Assembly (NCBI GenBank): GCA_035301585.1
Contig: DATGUB010000142.1
Span: 1-24,000, forward strand
Direction of reading: 5' to 3'
From: Beutenbergiaceae bacterium
GTDB lineage: Bacteria > Actinomycetota > Actinomycetes > Actinomycetales > Beutenbergiaceae
DNA: 24,000 nt
In this document: piece by piece, positions 21,665 to 24,000 of the stretch
Numbering within the stretch: position 1 is the first letter of the stretch
Layout: each line of letters opens with the position of its first letter
Program-made: the position numbers and the translations under genes
Notes under the pieces: generated by a model
What the model was told of the DNA's origin: nothing
Databases searched by the model: none
Seen by the model: the letters and a program-made list of their open reading frames with translations, nothing else

Positions 21665-23790
21665 GCCTCGACCACGGCCTTCCCCTCACGCTAGGGGCGA
21701 GGCTCGCCCCTTCCGACTCCGCGGAGCTCGCTACCCTTGCCCGGGCGGCGGAGGAGGCGGGCGCCGATATCCTCACCGTCGATCTCCCTGAATCCGATCC
21801 GTGGACGGCGATGAGTTGGCTCGCCGGAGCGACGAAGGCGGCGCGGCTCCTCGCGCGGATCGACGTCGGCGAAGGTAACCCGGCGGTGCTCGCCCGGGCA
21901 GCCGCGAGCCTCGACCTGCTCACCGCTGGCCGGCTCGAACTGCTCCTCACCGGCAGTGATCCTGCCGCGCTCAGGGACGTGGTCCGCCTCCTGCCGCGAA
22001 TGTGGGACCCGTCCGCGCCCGTGCACTTGTCTGGGGAACGCGTTCAGCTATCCGGCGCCCCGGGCGGCCCCGCGCCCGCCCACCGGATACCGGTCCACCT
22101 CCATTTCACCGGCACCAACGCCAAGGAGATCGCCGGCCACGGCGACGGCGCGGTCCTCAGCTCCGGCACGCAGCCGCTCCTGGCCGCGCAGCGGGAGATC
22201 GACGCGCAAACGGCGCGCGGGGGACGTGAACCCGGTGAAGTTCGCCGGATCCGGTTCCTCACCGGGGAGGACGCGCCCGCCGCCCTCGCCCTCGACGCCG
22301 GCGCGGACACCCTCATCTGGACCGTCGGTGACCACCGTGACCTCGTCGGTTTCGCCCGCGGGAGCCGCGAGTGTCGGGAAGCGGTCGCCGCCGAACGCCG
22401 GGCGCGGGGAACCCGGGTCCGGCCGGTCGTGCCCGCGAAAGTTCGACGGCTGCGCCGCGCAGGGATCGACTACGATTCCGTGCCTGCGGAGCTTGAGGCA
22501 ACGGCGGTGGAACCGGGAGACCCGGGGTTCAGCGCCGTGCGGTCCACCTACATCCGCAGCGGTAATCCCGGGCTCGTGCTGCGCCCGGCCACCACCGCCG
22601 AGGTCCAACGCGCGATCGGGTGGGCCTCCCGGCAAGACGTGCCGCTCTCGGTGCGATCGGGCGGGCACGGGTTCTCCGGCCGCTCGACGAACAACGGCGG
22701 CATCGTGGTCGACCTCGCCCACCTGAGCGGGGTCGAGGTGGGCGAGAACACCCGCGTACGGATCGGTCCCGGCGCGCGTTGGGGTGACGTCGCGGCAGCC
22801 CTCGCCCCCCATGGGCTCACCCTGAGTTCGGGCGATTCCGGCGGAGTAGGGGTGGGCGGACTCGCCACCGCGGGCGGGATCGGGTTCCTCTCCCGCTCCC
22901 ACGGCCTGACGATCGACCGGATCACCTCCCTCACGCTGGTCCTCGCGAACGGCGAAGTCACCATGGCAAGCGAAACGGAGAATCCCGAGCTGTTCTTCGG
23001 AATGCGCGGGGCGGGGTTCAACTTCGGGGTGGTCGCGGAATTCGAATTCGACGCCGCGCAGGTGACGAACGTCGGCGCGGGCCAGTTCACCTTCGATATC
23101 AGCGCCGACCCGGCTCGGTTCCTCCACCGGTGGGGCGCGGCCGTCGACGCCTCGCCGCGTGACACGACGAGTTTCTTGACCATCGGCGCGGCCCGGGGAG
23201 GACAGCTCATCGCCCACACGATGAACGTCGTCGATTCCGAAGACCCGGAAACAATTCTGGACCGGCTCCGGCCGCTGGCCGATTCTGGGCGGCTGCTGCA
23301 GCACAACGCGATGGTCGTTCCCTATCACGCGCTCGTCGCGGCCGGCCCCCGCGTGGGGCACCAAGGTGCGGGCGAACCTACCGCTCGATCCGGGTTGCTC
23401 GAGACTCTCACCGAAGGATTCGCCGCAGCGGCAGCCGCGCTGCTGCGAAGCGGCCGGACCGGCTTCTTCCAGATCCGCGCACTTGGTGGCGCTACCGGGG
23501 ACGTCGCCCCGGACGCGACCGCGTTCGCCCACCGCAACGCCCGATTCTCGGTCCTCGCGATGGGAGCGCCTCGCAGCCTCGACCCCTATTGGGACGTGCT
23601 TCGCCCGCATTTCACCGGGCTGTACGTGAGCTTCGAAACCGGGCGCGGAGAGCGGGAACTGCGCGATGCGTTCCCGCCGGCGACCCTCAACCGGTTACGA
23701 GCGCTGAAGCGGCGTTACGACCCCACGAACGTGTTCCGGGACAACTTCAACATCGACCCGGCCGGAAGCGTCTACCCCTCGACGTGGTAG
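21661..23790 (+). CDS. Fusion protein: degenerate LLM-like N-terminal domain (about aa 1-270) plus FAD-binding PCMH-type / berberine-bridge-enzyme-like oxidase (about aa 290-709)
   Basis: GTG 21661 overlaps the upstream stop (GTGA). The N-terminal part parallels the upstream LLM (DPWTAMSWLAGATKAARLLARIDVGEGNPAVLARAAASLDLLTAGRLELLLTGS versus DSWTLLSFVAGRTERVKLAPNVLNLPLRKPGVIARAVASLDRLSRGRVELGLGAG). The C-terminal part has LVLRPATTAEVQRAIGWASRQDVPLSVRSGGHGFSGRS (His codon at 22666-22668), GDSGGVGVGGLATAGGIGFLSR, NPELFFGMRGAGFNFGVV and a BBE-type end, RLRALKRRYDPTNVFRDNFNI. Confidence 0.8.
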   Translation: MSLDHGLPLTLGARLAPSDSAELATLARAAEEAGADILTVDLPESDPWTAMSWLAGATKAARLLARIDVGEGNPAVLARAAASLDLLTAGRLELLLTGSDPAALRDVVRLLPRMWDPSAPVHLSGERVQLSGAPGGPAPAHRIPVHLHFTGTNAKEIAGHGDGAVLSSGTQPLLAAQREIDAQTARGGREPGEVRRIRFLTGEDAPAALALDAGADTLIWTVGDHRDLVGFARGSRECREAVAAERRARGTRVRPVVPAKVRRLRRAGIDYDSVPAELEATAVEPGDPGFSAVRSTYIRSGNPGLVLRPATTAEVQRAIGWASRQDVPLSVRSGGHGFSGRSTNNGGIVVDLAHLSGVEVGENTRVRIGPGARWGDVAAALAPHGLTLSSGDSGGVGVGGLATAGGIGFLSRSHGLTIDRITSLTLVLANGEVTMASETENPELFFGMRGAGFNFGVVAEFEFDAAQVTNVGAGQFTFDISADPARFLHRWGAAVDASPRDTTSFLTIGAARGGQLIAHTMNVVDSEDPETILDRLRPLADSGRLLQHNAMVVPYHALVAAGPRVGHQGAGEPTARSGLLETLTEGFAAAAAALLRSGRTGFFQIRALGGATGDVAPDATAFAHRNARFSVLAMGAPRSLDPYWDVLRPHFTGLYVSFETGRGERELRDAFPPATLNRLRALKRRYDPTNVFRDNFNIDPAGSVYPSTW

Positions 23791-23865
23791 GGCGTGCCGG
23801 GCAGGGAGATCCCCAACCGGTCACCCACCCGATAAGTAGTCGCCCGAGCGGAATTCGATTCATCC

Positions 23866-23890
23866 ACGGTGAGCGTGCGGTCCTCACCGT
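23866..23890. other. 8-bp perfect hairpin ACGGTGAG-N9-CTCACCGT in the lower-GC spacer after the fusion gene
   Basis: Seen directly in the sequence. It could be a terminator for the + operon or for a minus-strand gene entering from the right edge. There is no U-tract. Confidence 0.3.
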
Positions 23891-24000
23891 CGACCCGCCA
23901 CTAGTTACGAACGGGGCCTACAACGATTGACCTAGCGAACTAGACCAGGGCGCTTTGCCAGCCCGAGAATCCCAGGTGGGGAGTTTCGTTCGCAGACAGC

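Noticed and set aside
22048-23610. 520-aa minus-strand ORF antisense to the BBE/FAD-oxidase fusion gene
   Set aside because: It is low-complexity and rich in R/G/P/A with no recognisable domain, whereas the sense strand carries clear FAD_binding_4 and BBE motifs.
23680-23826. Two similar 17-mers (GACCCTCAACCGGTTAC inside the CDS and GATCCCCAACCGGTCAC after the stop)
   Set aside because: They are short and imperfect, and one copy is coding. This is most likely chance similarity in GC-rich DNA, and no other repeat copies were seen.
23850-23866. GGAATTCGATTCATCC, reminiscent of a tRNA T-loop (TTCGATT)
   Set aside because: The flanking bases do not form a T-stem (CGGAA versus CATCC). I could not build an acceptor/anticodon cloverleaf on either strand.
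23940-24000. Possible 3' end of a minus-strand gene entering from the right edge (…LSANETPHLGFSGWQSALV*)
   Set aside because: Only about 20 codons are visible. GC3 bias is suggestive, but the stretch is too short to support a call.
1-24000. Search for CRISPR arrays, IS elements, integrases, toxin-antitoxin pairs, tRNA/rRNA genes and long direct or inverted repeats
   Set aside because: None was seen on visual inspection. There are no regularly spaced repeats, no transposase, recombinase or nuclease-like ORFs, and all gaps between genes are 216 nt or shorter. A computational repeat/self-dot-plot scan and tRNAscan/Infernal scan would be needed to exclude them formally.

Overview
High-GC, GC3-skewed actinobacterial-type chromosomal segment (composition judged by eye, not computed). 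I can support about 21 protein-coding genes and no rRNA, tRNA, CRISPR array, transposase, integrase or phage gene. Gene order: putA (minus strand, runs off the left edge, absent from the supplied ORF track); a divergent LysR regulator; a Pro-rich two-TM membrane protein; an Erm-type rRNA adenine methyltransferase translationally coupled to a CDP-alcohol phosphatidyltransferase and a CdsA paralog (YnbA/YnbB-like pair); a convergent MATE exporter; a cation/H+ antiporter; a convergent P1B-type ATPase (TPCP motif, no N-terminal metal-binding domain); a small DUF2892-like membrane protein; a stand-alone eRF1-like (baeRF-type) protein; an SRPBCC/DsrE-like/YggS operon; three membrane or anchored hypotheticals; an ANL acyl-CoA ligase; a CarD-like regulator; and an LLM oxidoreductase followed by a degenerate-LLM::BBE/FAD-oxidase fusion. 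Most long ORFs in the track on the opposite strand or in alternate frames of these genes are high-GC shadow ORFs. I do not see a recognisable defence island or mobile element, so I cannot claim a clearly novel system. The best candidates for follow-up are: (1) the erm-like/ynbAB-like coupled operon with a possible stalling leader peptide, (2) a CsoR/RcnR-type dyad next to the P1B ATPase with no regulator nearby, (3) the baeRF-like gene with a structured leader, and (4) the LLM plus LLM::BBE fusion pair. All family assignments rest on motif recognition from memory and need HMM or BLAST confirmation.
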